Program-made: the position numbers and the translations under genes
Notes under the pieces: model-generated
What the model saw: the letters and a program-made list of their open reading frames with translations, nothing else
Database searches by the model: none
Told to the model about the DNA's origin: nothing
Shown: positions 9,230 through 18,532 of the stretch, piece after piece
Layout of the letters: each line of letters starts with the position of its first letter
Position numbering within the stretch: position 1 is the stretch's first letter
NCBI GenBank assembly: GCA_902762335.1
Contig: CACWNZ010000001.1
Location: forward strand, 1-26,060
From: an uncultured Ruminococcus sp.
GTDB lineage: Bacteria > Bacillota > Clostridia > Oscillospirales > Acutalibacteraceae
DNA: 26,060 nt
Direction of reading: 5' to 3'

Positions 9230-10633
9230 TCAAACGCCCCTTATCGTCTCAAAATAAATACAGTCCCCGCCGCACCTGCCTTCAAAGGCTCCGCCGCAGA
9301 CGGGCATTTCGCAGAGCTTGTGCGAATCGTCGTCATTCCGTCCTATCCTCTTGCGGACGTAGCCGATATTCCTGAAATTATCCTCCTTGCCCTTTTTTAT
9401 GGCGGCGCAGGTATTTATCCATATAACGTTGCAGTCGTCATGGGCGCACAGGTCGAAAGACTGTCGGAAATCGTAGGAGCCCGTTGAAAAGGACGGAACG
9501 ATTATCAGCGTGAGCCTGAAGCAGCGCATGAGCTGCTCCATATATTTTGTCGTAAGAAAATCCTTGCATATAAGGATAGCGATCCGCCCTATCCCCTCGT
9601 AATGCAGGATATTTACCACTAAATTGGTTTTTATATCCTCTAAAAAGGCTTCTCCGTCCTGCTCCCTGCGGTAAGGATACTGCTTGCTCTGACAGCAGAC
9701 CTCGTCTCCGAAGCGGTCAAGCACGGTGACGGTATTCATACTATTTTCCCATACGGACGGCAGTATTATGAGCGAGGGCATTTTTTCCCGCTCCGAAGGC
9801 GGCAGGGCTTTCAGTCTGCCGCGGATATGATCCCGTGTCGCGCGGTTGCCGAGCAGCTCGGGAAAGACCATGATATCGCAGCCGTTTTCGGCGGCGTGCA
9901 GAAGCCTGCGCCATATCGCGCGGTTGTCCTCATCAAAGCTGCGGCTGTCGTATTCTATGCCGAGATACTGTATATCGTCTCGGATATAGGACAGCTCGGT
10001 ATAATGCTTTTCACGGCGCAGGGGAGATACGGCGACCCTTAAGCAGCCTCGGGACGAAAGACCCTGAAAGAGTCTGTCCGACAGAAAAATATGCTTATCG
10101 ATGAGCTCTCCGAGGACAGTGTTTTCGATGAGAAGGAAATTGAACAGGAAATTATCGAGTCTGTTATATGAATTTGAAAGCCTGTGACTGCGCTCCCATA
10201 CGCAGGAGCAGCGCGGCAGAAGCCCTATACCTACGGTCTCGCGGTTGGTATTCAGCACCACCGAAAAATCATCGCGCTGATAAGCCGCTATCCTTTCAAG
10301 CAGCAGCCCCTTCATAGCCTCGTCAAGAGTCTGCGCAAGAACTATCATGGCATAAGGCTCTCCCCTGCCCGCGAGCGCCGTAATATATCCCTCAAGCGCG
10401 GAATACAGACCCTCGCAGAGATCGCCGTCCCTCAGCCGACGAACACGGAGCGTCTTCCGTTCCGCAGGCGTATCCTCAAACAGCGCAGAGACGTTTACGG
10501 AAATATCACGGAGCATTTCCTCCCTGCGCTTGCGGCTGAGACAGCTGAATCTCACAAACAGAGACTCGTCAGGGCAGGAGCTTATTATCCTTGAGCACAG
10601 CTCCGCCAATATATTGCATATCCGCGTTATCAT
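9230..10633 (-). CDS. Hypothetical protein with C-terminal carbon-nitrogen hydrolase (nitrilase-fold) domain
   Basis: 467 aa, GGAGG RBS; DIMVFPEL (Glu), QSKQ (Lys), IAILICKD (Cys) and LIIVPS in the order expected for the E-K-C triad; N-terminal half not recognised. Confidence 0.7.
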   Translation of the reverse strand: MITRICNILAELCSRIISSCPDESLFVRFSCLSRKRREEMLRDISVNVSALFEDTPAERKTLRVRRLRDGDLCEGLYSALEGYITALAGRGEPYAMIVLAQTLDEAMKGLLLERIAAYQRDDFSVVLNTNRETVGIGLLPRCSCVWERSHRLSNSYNRLDNFLFNFLLIENTVLGELIDKHIFLSDRLFQGLSSRGCLRVAVSPLRREKHYTELSYIRDDIQYLGIEYDSRSFDEDNRAIWRRLLHAAENGCDIMVFPELLGNRATRDHIRGRLKALPPSEREKMPSLIILPSVWENSMNTVTVLDRFGDEVCCQSKQYPYRREQDGEAFLEDIKTNLVVNILHYEGIGRIAILICKDFLTTKYMEQLMRCFRLTLIIVPSFSTGSYDFRQSFDLCAHDDCNVIWINTCAAIKKGKEDNFRNIGYVRKRIGRNDDDSHKLCEMPVCGGAFEGRCGGDCIYFETIRGV

Positions 10634-10690
10634 GACCGTTCCCCTCCGTTCTCGGACGATCTGCCGCCCGCGTGTTTTGGGACTGCTCTA

Positions 10691-10719
10691 ATTGTAGCAT
10701 TTTCGGCGGGGTATATCAA
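10691..10719 (-). promoter_or_regulatory. Candidate sigma-A promoter for the nitrilase-fold/NUDIX pair
   Basis: Minus strand TTGATA-17 nt-TACAAT with TG extension. Confidence 0.65.
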
Positions 10720-10777
10720 CGGAAAAACGGGATACCCGTAAAAATTTTTGCTGCGTTGTGTATATATACGGATCTTC

Positions 10778-10806
10778 TTGCACATTGTCCAAATTTATGG
10801 TATGAT
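10778..10806 (+). promoter_or_regulatory. Candidate sigma-A promoter for the NRPS operon
   Basis: TTGCAC (10778-10783), 17 nt, TATGAT (10801-10806) with TG extension; AAGGAG RBS before ATG 10843. Confidence 0.75.
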
Positions 10807-10842
10807 AATATCATTAAATTACCGTATCAAAGGAGTTTTCTT

Positions 10843-13800
10843 ATGAGCAGTATTATCGAAAGAATACAAAAAAACATAGCGGACTATCCCGACCACGAAG
10901 TAATCGTCGATCAGGGCGAGAACAACAGCTTCACCTACCGTGAGTTCGATCTTTATGCCGCAAGAGTCGCCGCAAGGCTCAAAAAGCAGGGTGTAACAAG
11001 AGGTGATTTTGTCACCATCGAGCTTCCGAGAAACAAGGAGTATATCGCCTCAATGTACGCCGTATGGAGAGTCGGAGCGGCATTTGCGCCCCTGTCTCCG
11101 GCATATCCGGCGGAGCGTCTTGAATTTATCCGCAATGACTGCGACGCAAAGGCGGTCATCAATGAAAAATTCCTGCGTGACATCGAAAACGAGGAGCCGT
11201 TTTATGATATTGTGACACCCCGTCCGGAGGACCCTTCACTGCTGATATATACCTCGGGCTCTACGGGAAAGCCGAAGGGCGTTCTGCATACCCACGCGGG
11301 CATAGAGGATTCCATTGCAAGATACTCCGACTACGCAAAGCCGCCTATGGGCTTCCGCGCGGCACTCGGCGCGCCGTTTACCTTTGTCGCATCGGTACAG
11401 GGCGTATTTGCTCCGCTTTGTTCGTGTCTCACGGCGTATCTCATGCCCTATCAGGCAATGCGCGACCCCGTTCTCCTTGCCGATTATATCTATGAAAACA
11501 AGATAAACCGCACCTTTATCAGCCCGAAAATGCTCAAGGTGTTCAAGCCCAAGGGCGATTCACTCAAGGTGGTCTATACGGGCAGTGAGCGCGTCAGCAA
11601 TACCTACAGCGACGACTTTGAGATAATCGTCAGCTACGGTCAGACGGAATCCGCAGGCGCCGTAATGATGTTCAAACTTGACAGGAAATACGAAAACACG
11701 CCGATCGGCAAGCCTATCGGAGATATACGCATACATATACTTGACGAAAACGGCAGCGAAGCCGACGAGGGCGAGCTTTGTCTTGCGGGAATATTTGCGG
11801 AGTGCTACCTCAATCTTCCCGAGCAGACCGCCAAGACCTTTATCGACAATCCCTTTGCCGACGAGGACGGCTATAAAAAGCTGCTCAGAACAGGAGATAT
11901 CGTCAAAAAGGGTGAGGACGGCAATATCATCTATCTCAACCGCAGGGATTGGATGGTCAAGATAAACGGTCAGCGCGTTGAGCCGGGTGAAATAGAGGCT
12001 ATCATCAAGAGCACCGACGGCATACATGACGCCGCGCTCAAGGACTTCAAGAATCAGTACGGTCAGGTATATCTTGTCGCCTATTACGTTGAGAGCTCAC
12101 CCGTCAATGCCGATGATATAAAGGCGGCTATCTCCAAAAAGCTGCCGCCCTATATGATACCCGCCTTCTTTGTGCGTCTTGACAAGCTGCCCGTAAACGC
12201 AAACGGAAAGCTGGACAGAAACGCCCTTATCGCTCCCGAGGCAGGCAGCTTCAAGACCGACTATATCGCTCCCGAAACCGATATGCAGAAGGTGCTGTGT
12301 TCCGCCTTTGAAGCCGTTCTCGGTGTTGAGAACGTGGGCATTGACGACGATTTCTTCGCTCTCGGCGGCGATTCTATCAAGTGCGCCATGACTGCGGCAA
12401 AGTGCGGCGTGTATAAAATTTCCACCGCAGATATCTTTGCCGGAAAGACTCCCCGCATGATAGAGCGTCTGCTCATTCAGAAGGCGTCTGCAAAGAGCGT
12501 TGTCAAAAAGGAAAAGAAAGCAAGGATATATCCGCTGACCCCCTCGGAAAGAGGAATGTATCTTGAACAGAAGCTGAACGAAAAGTCGGTAGTCTATAAT
12601 CTGAATATCGCCGCTATCATAAAAGGCTCAGATATTGAAAAGATAAAAGAAGCTCTTAATGCCGTTTTCAGGGCTCACGAGGCGTTCTACTCCTATTACG
12701 GCGAAGAAAACGGTCTGCCCGTTCGTATTCTCTCCGACAAGCTGCCCGAGATCAAGGAAAAGACCGCCGCAACCCGTGAGGAAGTCATTGACATAATAGA
12801 CAGCTATGCGGAGCCCTTCGACCTCAATACGGGCATTCCCGTCAGACCTACTCTCTATTCCGTCGCGGACGGCAGCGTGATACTTCATCTCGCGATACAT
12901 CATATCGCCTTTGACGGCGGCTCGGCAAAGACCTTTGTAAGCGAGCTGATCGACGGTCTTAACGGCAAAGAGATCACCGCCGCCGAGATAGACCTCTCCG
13001 ACCTCTACAGCGACAGCCTTGAAGCAAAATATGAGAGCGGTCTGAAATATTACAGAGAGATTTTCTCGGACGGCGTACCCGTGAACGAAATGCCCACAAA
13101 GGGCAAGCGTCCGAAGGTGCATCCGCTTTCCGACCGTCAGATCGACTTTGATATAGACAACGAAAAGCTGAAAGCAATCGACAATACCGCCCGCAAATTC
13201 AGCGTGACGGAGTTTGAGCTGATCTTCTCGGCTGTGTCCATGACCCTCGGAAAATACACCTCGTCCGAGGACGTGGTTTTAGGCATTCCCACAAATATGC
13301 GCCCCAACGGCGCCGATAACGTCATCGGTATGTTCGTCAACACCGCTCCCGTCCGTGTACGCCCGAAGCGTAACGCGGAAATTCAGGATTATTTGCAGAG
13401 TGTCAGCGAAGCCGTGCGCAGCGTGACATACGGCGCATATCTGCCCTTTGAGGACGTTGTTGCCGAATTTGTAAAGCAACGTGACGAGTCCCGCAACCCA
13501 ATGTTTGACGTGAGCGTCAACTTCATGTGGAATCCGCCAGCCTACAACAAGGACGGTCTGAGCGTTGAGATGTATTCGCCTCTCCAGAAGATGAGCCGCG
13601 ATATCGGCATCGTCATACGCAAGGGCGCAAAGGGTCTGCACTTTATGGTGCAGTATTCCTCGGAGCTTTTTGAGGATACCCTGATAGAGAACTTCATCGA
13701 GCAGCTCAGATCGGCAATCGATCTGCTCGGCACGGCAGCAACGGTAAGAGATGCTCTTGTCCTTCCCGAAAAGCAGAAGGAACAGCTTGAGAAATTCGCC

Positions 13801-16773
13801 GTTGAAGCCGAAGAGGAAATACCCGTAACGCTGCTGCACAAGCTCTTTGAAAAGAGCGTTTCCGAAAACAAAGACAAGACCGCGCTCATCGCAAAGGACT
13901 GCACACTTACATACGATGAACTGAACAAGAGGGCAAATATCGTTGCCCATAACCTGATAGACAGGGGTATAAAAACAGGAGACAGCGTAGCCCTTCTTCT
14001 GCCGAGAGAAAGCTGCTTCTTTGCCTGTATGTTCGGCGTTAACAAGGCGGGAGCGGCGTTCATACCCTGCGACCCGCAGTACCCCGCAGACAGGATAAAC
14101 CATATCATTACCGACTCCGAAGCATCATTTATCATCACCACAGCCGACAAGCTTGCGGATTATCCCGCCGACAAGGCTATCAATGTTGAGGACATCACAA
14201 AGGGCGCTCAGACGGAGAATCCCGATGTAGAGATGAGCGACCGGGAGCTTGCGTATATGATCTATACCTCAGGCTCCACCGGAAAGCCCAAGGGCGTTAT
14301 GCTCCGGCACAGAGGTATCTGCAACTATCTCATGCCCCACCCCGCAAATTCACATATCTATTATCTGAAAAACAATGTCAGCACCTATCTTTCCGTGACG
14401 ACCGTCTCCTTTGATATGTCATTTAAGGAACACACGGCAGCCTTCTGCAACGGCAAGACCCTTGTGTTTGCCGGCGAGGACGAGATGAATGACCCCCGCG
14501 CCCTTGCCGAGCTTATGGAAAAGTACAATGTTGACTGTATAAACGCGACCCCGTCAAGACTCCAGCAGTATCTTGAATATACTCCGTTCAAGACTGTCCT
14601 TTCAAAGTGCCGTCTTGTCATGTCCGGCGGCGAGGGATATCCCATGTCCCTGCGCGACACAATAAAGGAATGTTCAAAAGAAATAAAAATAGTCAATACC
14701 TACGGTCCTACCGAGATCACCGTCTCCTGTAACGCGGCGGACCTTACAAACGCTTCTCAGGTCACCGTCGGCAGACCGCTGCTGAATTATAACGAGGTCA
14801 TCGTTGATAAATTCGGAGACGTATCGCCCTACGGCGTTGTGGGTGAGCTTTATATCGGCGGCGTGGGAGTTGCAAAGGGATACCGCAATCTGCCCGAAAA
14901 GACAGCGCAGGCATTTGTTGAGTTCGGCGGTCAGCGGATGTACCGCTCCGGCGACTATGCAAAGTGGGACAAGGACGGAAACGTGCATATCCTCGGCAGA
15001 CTTGACAGTCAGGTCAAGCTCCGTGGACTGCGTATAGAGCTGGGCGAAATTGAAGGGCTTATCGCACAGCAGCCCCACATCAAGAAGGTCGCAGTAATCA
15101 TCCGCAAGCTCAGCGGTCAGGAGAATCTCTGTGCCTACTTTACCGCCGATACCGAAATTGATATAAATGCACTCAGGGATGAGCTGAAAAAGCACCTGAC
15201 CCATTATATGATACCCACTGCATATCTCCAGATGAACGAAATGCCCATGACCGCCAACGGCAAGACCGACACCAAAATGCTGCCCGACCCCGTTCCCGTT
15301 AGCCTCGGAGAATACGTCGCTCCCGCTAACAAGACCGAGGAGTTCTTCTGCGAGTCCTTCAGAAAGGTGCTTAAGCTTGACCGTGTGGGCGCTACCGATG
15401 ACTTCTTTGAGATAGGCGGCACCTCGCTGATCGTTACTTCAGTCGTACTTGACGCGTCCGAAAACGGCTTCAGCATAACCTACGGCGACGTATTCAAATA
15501 TACCACCCCGAGAGCCCTTGCTGAGCTCTTCAAGGACGGAGAGGTCAACGACACAAACAAGCTGTTTGATTTTGAGGGCTATGACTATTCAAAGATAAAC
15601 GAGCTGCTGTCAAAGAACAACGTTGAAGCCTTCCGCAGCGGAGAAATAAAAGAGCTCGGGAATGTACTCATCACCGGCGCAACCGGCTATATGGGCGCTC
15701 ACCTGCTTGCTGAGTACCTCAAGCGTGAAAGCGGCAAAGCATACTGTATGGTGCGAAAGGGCAGGTTTGATTCCGCCGCCGAGCGCCTTGAGAACATGAT
15801 GTTCTATTACTTCGGCTCTGATCTTGAAGAAGAATTCAAAAGCCGCGTTGAGGTGCTGAACGGCGACGTTACCGACTACAAATACTTTGAGCCCTTTGAG
15901 ACTCTGCCGATAAACACCGTGTTCAACTGCGCGGCAAACGTAAAGCACTTCTCCAACGGCACAGACATCGAAGACATCAACGTAGGCGGCGCCGTCAACT
16001 GCATAAAGCTCTGCCGGAAACTGAGCGCAAGGCTGATACACTTTTCCACCGTTTCCGTTTCGGGAACAACAGACGACATTTCCAAGCTCAGCCGCCGCGA
16101 GCTTGACGAGCAGACGCTCTATTACGGTCAGACCCTCGACAACAAATACACCTCCTCAAAGCTCATGGGTGAGCGCATGGTGCTTGAAGCCGCCGCAGAA
16201 GGACTTGACGCAAAGGTCATTCGCGTAGGCACTCTTGCCGCCCGCGAATCCGACGGCGAGTTCCAGATAAACTTCCTCACCAACAACTTTATGGGACGTC
16301 TGCGCTCCTACAGCCTGCTCGGCTGCTTCCCCTACAGCATGATAGAGAATCAGGTATGCATGGGACCGATAGACCGTTCCTGCGAAGCCTTCCTCAAGCT
16401 TGCAAAGACCCCGAAGGAATGCTGCGTGTTCAATGCGGTAAACAACCACACACTTCCGCTTGGCGATATTATCCGTCAGATGAACGAAAACGGCAGCAAG
16501 GTAGATTTTGTAGAGTACGAGGAATTTGCCGCGGCTCTGCACGAAGCCCAGAAAGACCCGGACAAAGCCGCAATTCTCTCAAGTATGACGGCGTATATGA
16601 ACACCGCTCACGGCAAAAAGATAGTCGCCCTGCCCTTCAACGCCCACTATACCACACAGATACTCGCCCGCATGGGCTTCTTCTGGAATGCAAGCAACGA
16701 AAAATACGTGGGTGACTTCATCAACGTACTGCGCGGCTTCCTGTTCTTCCGCAAGGACAATCTCAAAAGATAA
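10843..16773 (+). CDS. Bimodular non-ribosomal peptide synthetase, A-T-C-A-T-R (terminal thioester reductase)
   Basis: 1976 aa from ATG 10843; two YTSGSTGKPKG A3 motifs; T domains GGDSI (Ser 12373) and GGTSL (Ser 15424); C domain HHIAFDG (12898-12918); R domain ITGATGYMG and YTSSK. Confidence 0.97.
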   Translation: MSSIIERIQKNIADYPDHEVIVDQGENNSFTYREFDLYAARVAARLKKQGVTRGDFVTIELPRNKEYIASMYAVWRVGAAFAPLSPAYPAERLEFIRNDCDAKAVINEKFLRDIENEEPFYDIVTPRPEDPSLLIYTSGSTGKPKGVLHTHAGIEDSIARYSDYAKPPMGFRAALGAPFTFVASVQGVFAPLCSCLTAYLMPYQAMRDPVLLADYIYENKINRTFISPKMLKVFKPKGDSLKVVYTGSERVSNTYSDDFEIIVSYGQTESAGAVMMFKLDRKYENTPIGKPIGDIRIHILDENGSEADEGELCLAGIFAECYLNLPEQTAKTFIDNPFADEDGYKKLLRTGDIVKKGEDGNIIYLNRRDWMVKINGQRVEPGEIEAIIKSTDGIHDAALKDFKNQYGQVYLVAYYVESSPVNADDIKAAISKKLPPYMIPAFFVRLDKLPVNANGKLDRNALIAPEAGSFKTDYIAPETDMQKVLCSAFEAVLGVENVGIDDDFFALGGDSIKCAMTAAKCGVYKISTADIFAGKTPRMIERLLIQKASAKSVVKKEKKARIYPLTPSERGMYLEQKLNEKSVVYNLNIAAIIKGSDIEKIKEALNAVFRAHEAFYSYYGEENGLPVRILSDKLPEIKEKTAATREEVIDIIDSYAEPFDLNTGIPVRPTLYSVADGSVILHLAIHHIAFDGGSAKTFVSELIDGLNGKEITAAEIDLSDLYSDSLEAKYESGLKYYREIFSDGVPVNEMPTKGKRPKVHPLSDRQIDFDIDNEKLKAIDNTARKFSVTEFELIFSAVSMTLGKYTSSEDVVLGIPTNMRPNGADNVIGMFVNTAPVRVRPKRNAEIQDYLQSVSEAVRSVTYGAYLPFEDVVAEFVKQRDESRNPMFDVSVNFMWNPPAYNKDGLSVEMYSPLQKMSRDIGIVIRKGAKGLHFMVQYSSELFEDTLIENFIEQLRSAIDLLGTAATVRDALVLPEKQKEQLEKFAVEAEEEIPVTLLHKLFEKSVSENKDKTALIAKDCTLTYDELNKRANIVAHNLIDRGIKTGDSVALLLPRESCFFACMFGVNKAGAAFIPCDPQYPADRINHIITDSEASFIITTADKLADYPADKAINVEDITKGAQTENPDVEMSDRELAYMIYTSGSTGKPKGVMLRHRGICNYLMPHPANSHIYYLKNNVSTYLSVTTVSFDMSFKEHTAAFCNGKTLVFAGEDEMNDPRALAELMEKYNVDCINATPSRLQQYLEYTPFKTVLSKCRLVMSGGEGYPMSLRDTIKECSKEIKIVNTYGPTEITVSCNAADLTNASQVTVGRPLLNYNEVIVDKFGDVSPYGVVGELYIGGVGVAKGYRNLPEKTAQAFVEFGGQRMYRSGDYAKWDKDGNVHILGRLDSQVKLRGLRIELGEIEGLIAQQPHIKKVAVIIRKLSGQENLCAYFTADTEIDINALRDELKKHLTHYMIPTAYLQMNEMPMTANGKTDTKMLPDPVPVSLGEYVAPANKTEEFFCESFRKVLKLDRVGATDDFFEIGGTSLIVTSVVLDASENGFSITYGDVFKYTTPRALAELFKDGEVNDTNKLFDFEGYDYSKINELLSKNNVEAFRSGEIKELGNVLITGATGYMGAHLLAEYLKRESGKAYCMVRKGRFDSAAERLENMMFYYFGSDLEEEFKSRVEVLNGDVTDYKYFEPFETLPINTVFNCAANVKHFSNGTDIEDINVGGAVNCIKLCRKLSARLIHFSTVSVSGTTDDISKLSRRELDEQTLYYGQTLDNKYTSSKLMGERMVLEAAAEGLDAKVIRVGTLAARESDGEFQINFLTNNFMGRLRSYSLLGCFPYSMIENQVCMGPIDRSCEAFLKLAKTPKECCVFNAVNNHTLPLGDIIRQMNENGSKVDFVEYEEFAAALHEAQKDPDKAAILSSMTAYMNTAHGKKIVALPFNAHYTTQILARMGFFWNASNEKYVGDFINVLRGFLFFRKDNLKR

Positions 16774-16785
16774 GGGGGCTGAAAT

Positions 16786-18519
16786 ATGAAACGCAGAGGA
16801 GATCTCCTCAACGAAAAATACCGCAGTCTGTTATGGGCGACCCTCGCAATGACGGCATCAAACTATCTCTCCGGGATACTTGACGGCATTATGGTGGGTC
16901 AGATGCTCGGTACCGTCGAGCTTTACGCTATCAACCTGACCACCTGTATCATCTTCCTGCGGAGCATCCCCATAGCCATGTTCACCTTCGGCGGCAACAC
17001 CCTGTCGGTCATCAGAAAAAGCAAGCGCGACGGACAGGGCGCCGATACCGTTTTTACACTGTCCTTCTGGGCGGGAATACTTTCCACTATACTTATTTCG
17101 ATCATCGGTCTTGCGGTGATAACCCCCACGGCGGAGCTTCTTGCTCAGGGAAAACAGGAGCTTGTCGGGCTCGTTATCGACTATCTCCTGCCCCTTTGGA
17201 TACTGACGCCATTGGTGGCGGCGGTAAATCAGACAGCCGCCTACGCCCGTACGGACGGTATGCGAAAATTGGCGACCGCCCTTCCCATTGTGGCAAACGT
17301 GGTCAATCTTGGCTGCGACGGACTGTATATGGGCGTATTCCATTGGGGCGTTGCGGGTGCGGGCTGGGCGACCGTGACCGGCTATATTGTCGGAACGGCG
17401 ATGACACTTATTTACTTCAAGTCAAAAAAGCGGACGGTGCATTTTACAAAGGAAGCTCTGAAAAAGCTCAGGGAGCTCGGAAAGATATTCGGTGTTGGTC
17501 TCCCCTCTGCCCTGATCTATGTGTGCAACTTCCTCAGGCTGTTCTTTACAAACGCCATAATACTTTCGGCGACGGGCGTTGTGGGCGGCAAGATAGCCTC
17601 TGTTTCCTTCTCACTGAACAGCCTTGCATTCATCTTTGTTGAGGGCGCGTCTATGACCCTTCTGCCGATACTCGGCGCGCTCTACGGCGAAAAGGATACC
17701 AACGGACAAAAGCTTACCCTGCGCTACGGCATGATCATCACGGTCGGTCTTTCGGTCGCAGTGTTCATCCTGTCAGAACTTCTGCCGGTACAGCTTGCGT
17801 CCATGTACGGACTTACCGACCCTGCGGTCACAGAGGTATTTGCGGCGACCTTCCGCATCTTCTCAATAAATATCCCGATACTCGGCGTTATCTACGTCAT
17901 GCGCTCGTTCTTTCAGGCGACGAAGCAGAGAGGGCTTGCAAATCTGCTCGTCATGCTGGACGGCGTGCTTACGATAGTCCCTCTCATGTATTGGTTTTCC
18001 CATTATGATATCTATTGGCTGTGGATGTCCTTCCCGGTTTCAAAGGCATTAACGGTAATCATCACATTTGCAGCAATGCTTATCGGCAAAAGGGTAAAGA
18101 AAAAGAAAAACCTGCTCGGCATTGAGGAGCAGGACGGGATCGCTTTCGACTTTACCATAGACAATGAGGTATCGCAGGCAATAAAGGCGTCAGAGGAAGC
18201 TATAAGCTTCTGTCAGGAAAAGTCTCTTCCCGAAAACACGGTAAACGCCGTCGGCGTAACGGTAGAGGAGCTTTGCCACAATATTGCAACCTATGCCCGC
18301 TCATCCACCAACAAGACCGTTGACGTCTGTGTGCGTATCTTTGACGACAAGGTGAACATCCGCCTGCGTGACAACGGGGTGGAGTTTGACCCGACAGATT
18401 ACATCGACACGAGCGGAAAGCGCATAACAGGGCTTACGCTTGTCAGAAAGCTCAGCTCGTCGATCAGCTATAACCGTGTTTTAGGCTTCAACGTGACAAA
18501 CGTAACGATAAATTATTGA
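16786..18519 (+). CDS. MATE-family efflux transporter fused to a C-terminal RsbW-like HATPase domain
   Basis: About 450 aa multi-TM region with MATE-type motifs (LPIVANVVNLGCDGLYMGVFHWGVAGAGWAT; LPILGALYGEKD), then EELCHNIATYA and RDNGVEFDP. Confidence 0.9.
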   Translation: MKRRGDLLNEKYRSLLWATLAMTASNYLSGILDGIMVGQMLGTVELYAINLTTCIIFLRSIPIAMFTFGGNTLSVIRKSKRDGQGADTVFTLSFWAGILSTILISIIGLAVITPTAELLAQGKQELVGLVIDYLLPLWILTPLVAAVNQTAAYARTDGMRKLATALPIVANVVNLGCDGLYMGVFHWGVAGAGWATVTGYIVGTAMTLIYFKSKKRTVHFTKEALKKLRELGKIFGVGLPSALIYVCNFLRLFFTNAIILSATGVVGGKIASVSFSLNSLAFIFVEGASMTLLPILGALYGEKDTNGQKLTLRYGMIITVGLSVAVFILSELLPVQLASMYGLTDPAVTEVFAATFRIFSINIPILGVIYVMRSFFQATKQRGLANLLVMLDGVLTIVPLMYWFSHYDIYWLWMSFPVSKALTVIITFAAMLIGKRVKKKKNLLGIEEQDGIAFDFTIDNEVSQAIKASEEAISFCQEKSLPENTVNAVGVTVEELCHNIATYARSSTNKTVDVCVRIFDDKVNIRLRDNGVEFDPTDYIDTSGKRITGLTLVRKLSSSISYNRVLGFNVTNVTINY

Positions 18520-18532
18520 CAGGGGGTATGCT

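Noticed and set aside
10672-10842. 57-aa N-terminal extension of the NRPS in the ORF track
   Set aside because: It spans the promoter boxes; ATG 10843 has AAGGAG. ORF-track extensions of recO, ybeY, phoH and the PPTase were trimmed on the same RBS evidence.
10953-16542. Many minus-strand ORFs inside the NRPS (e.g. 13279-14103, 13542-14150)
   Set aside because: Shadow frames of a single uninterrupted NRPS; no independent evidence.
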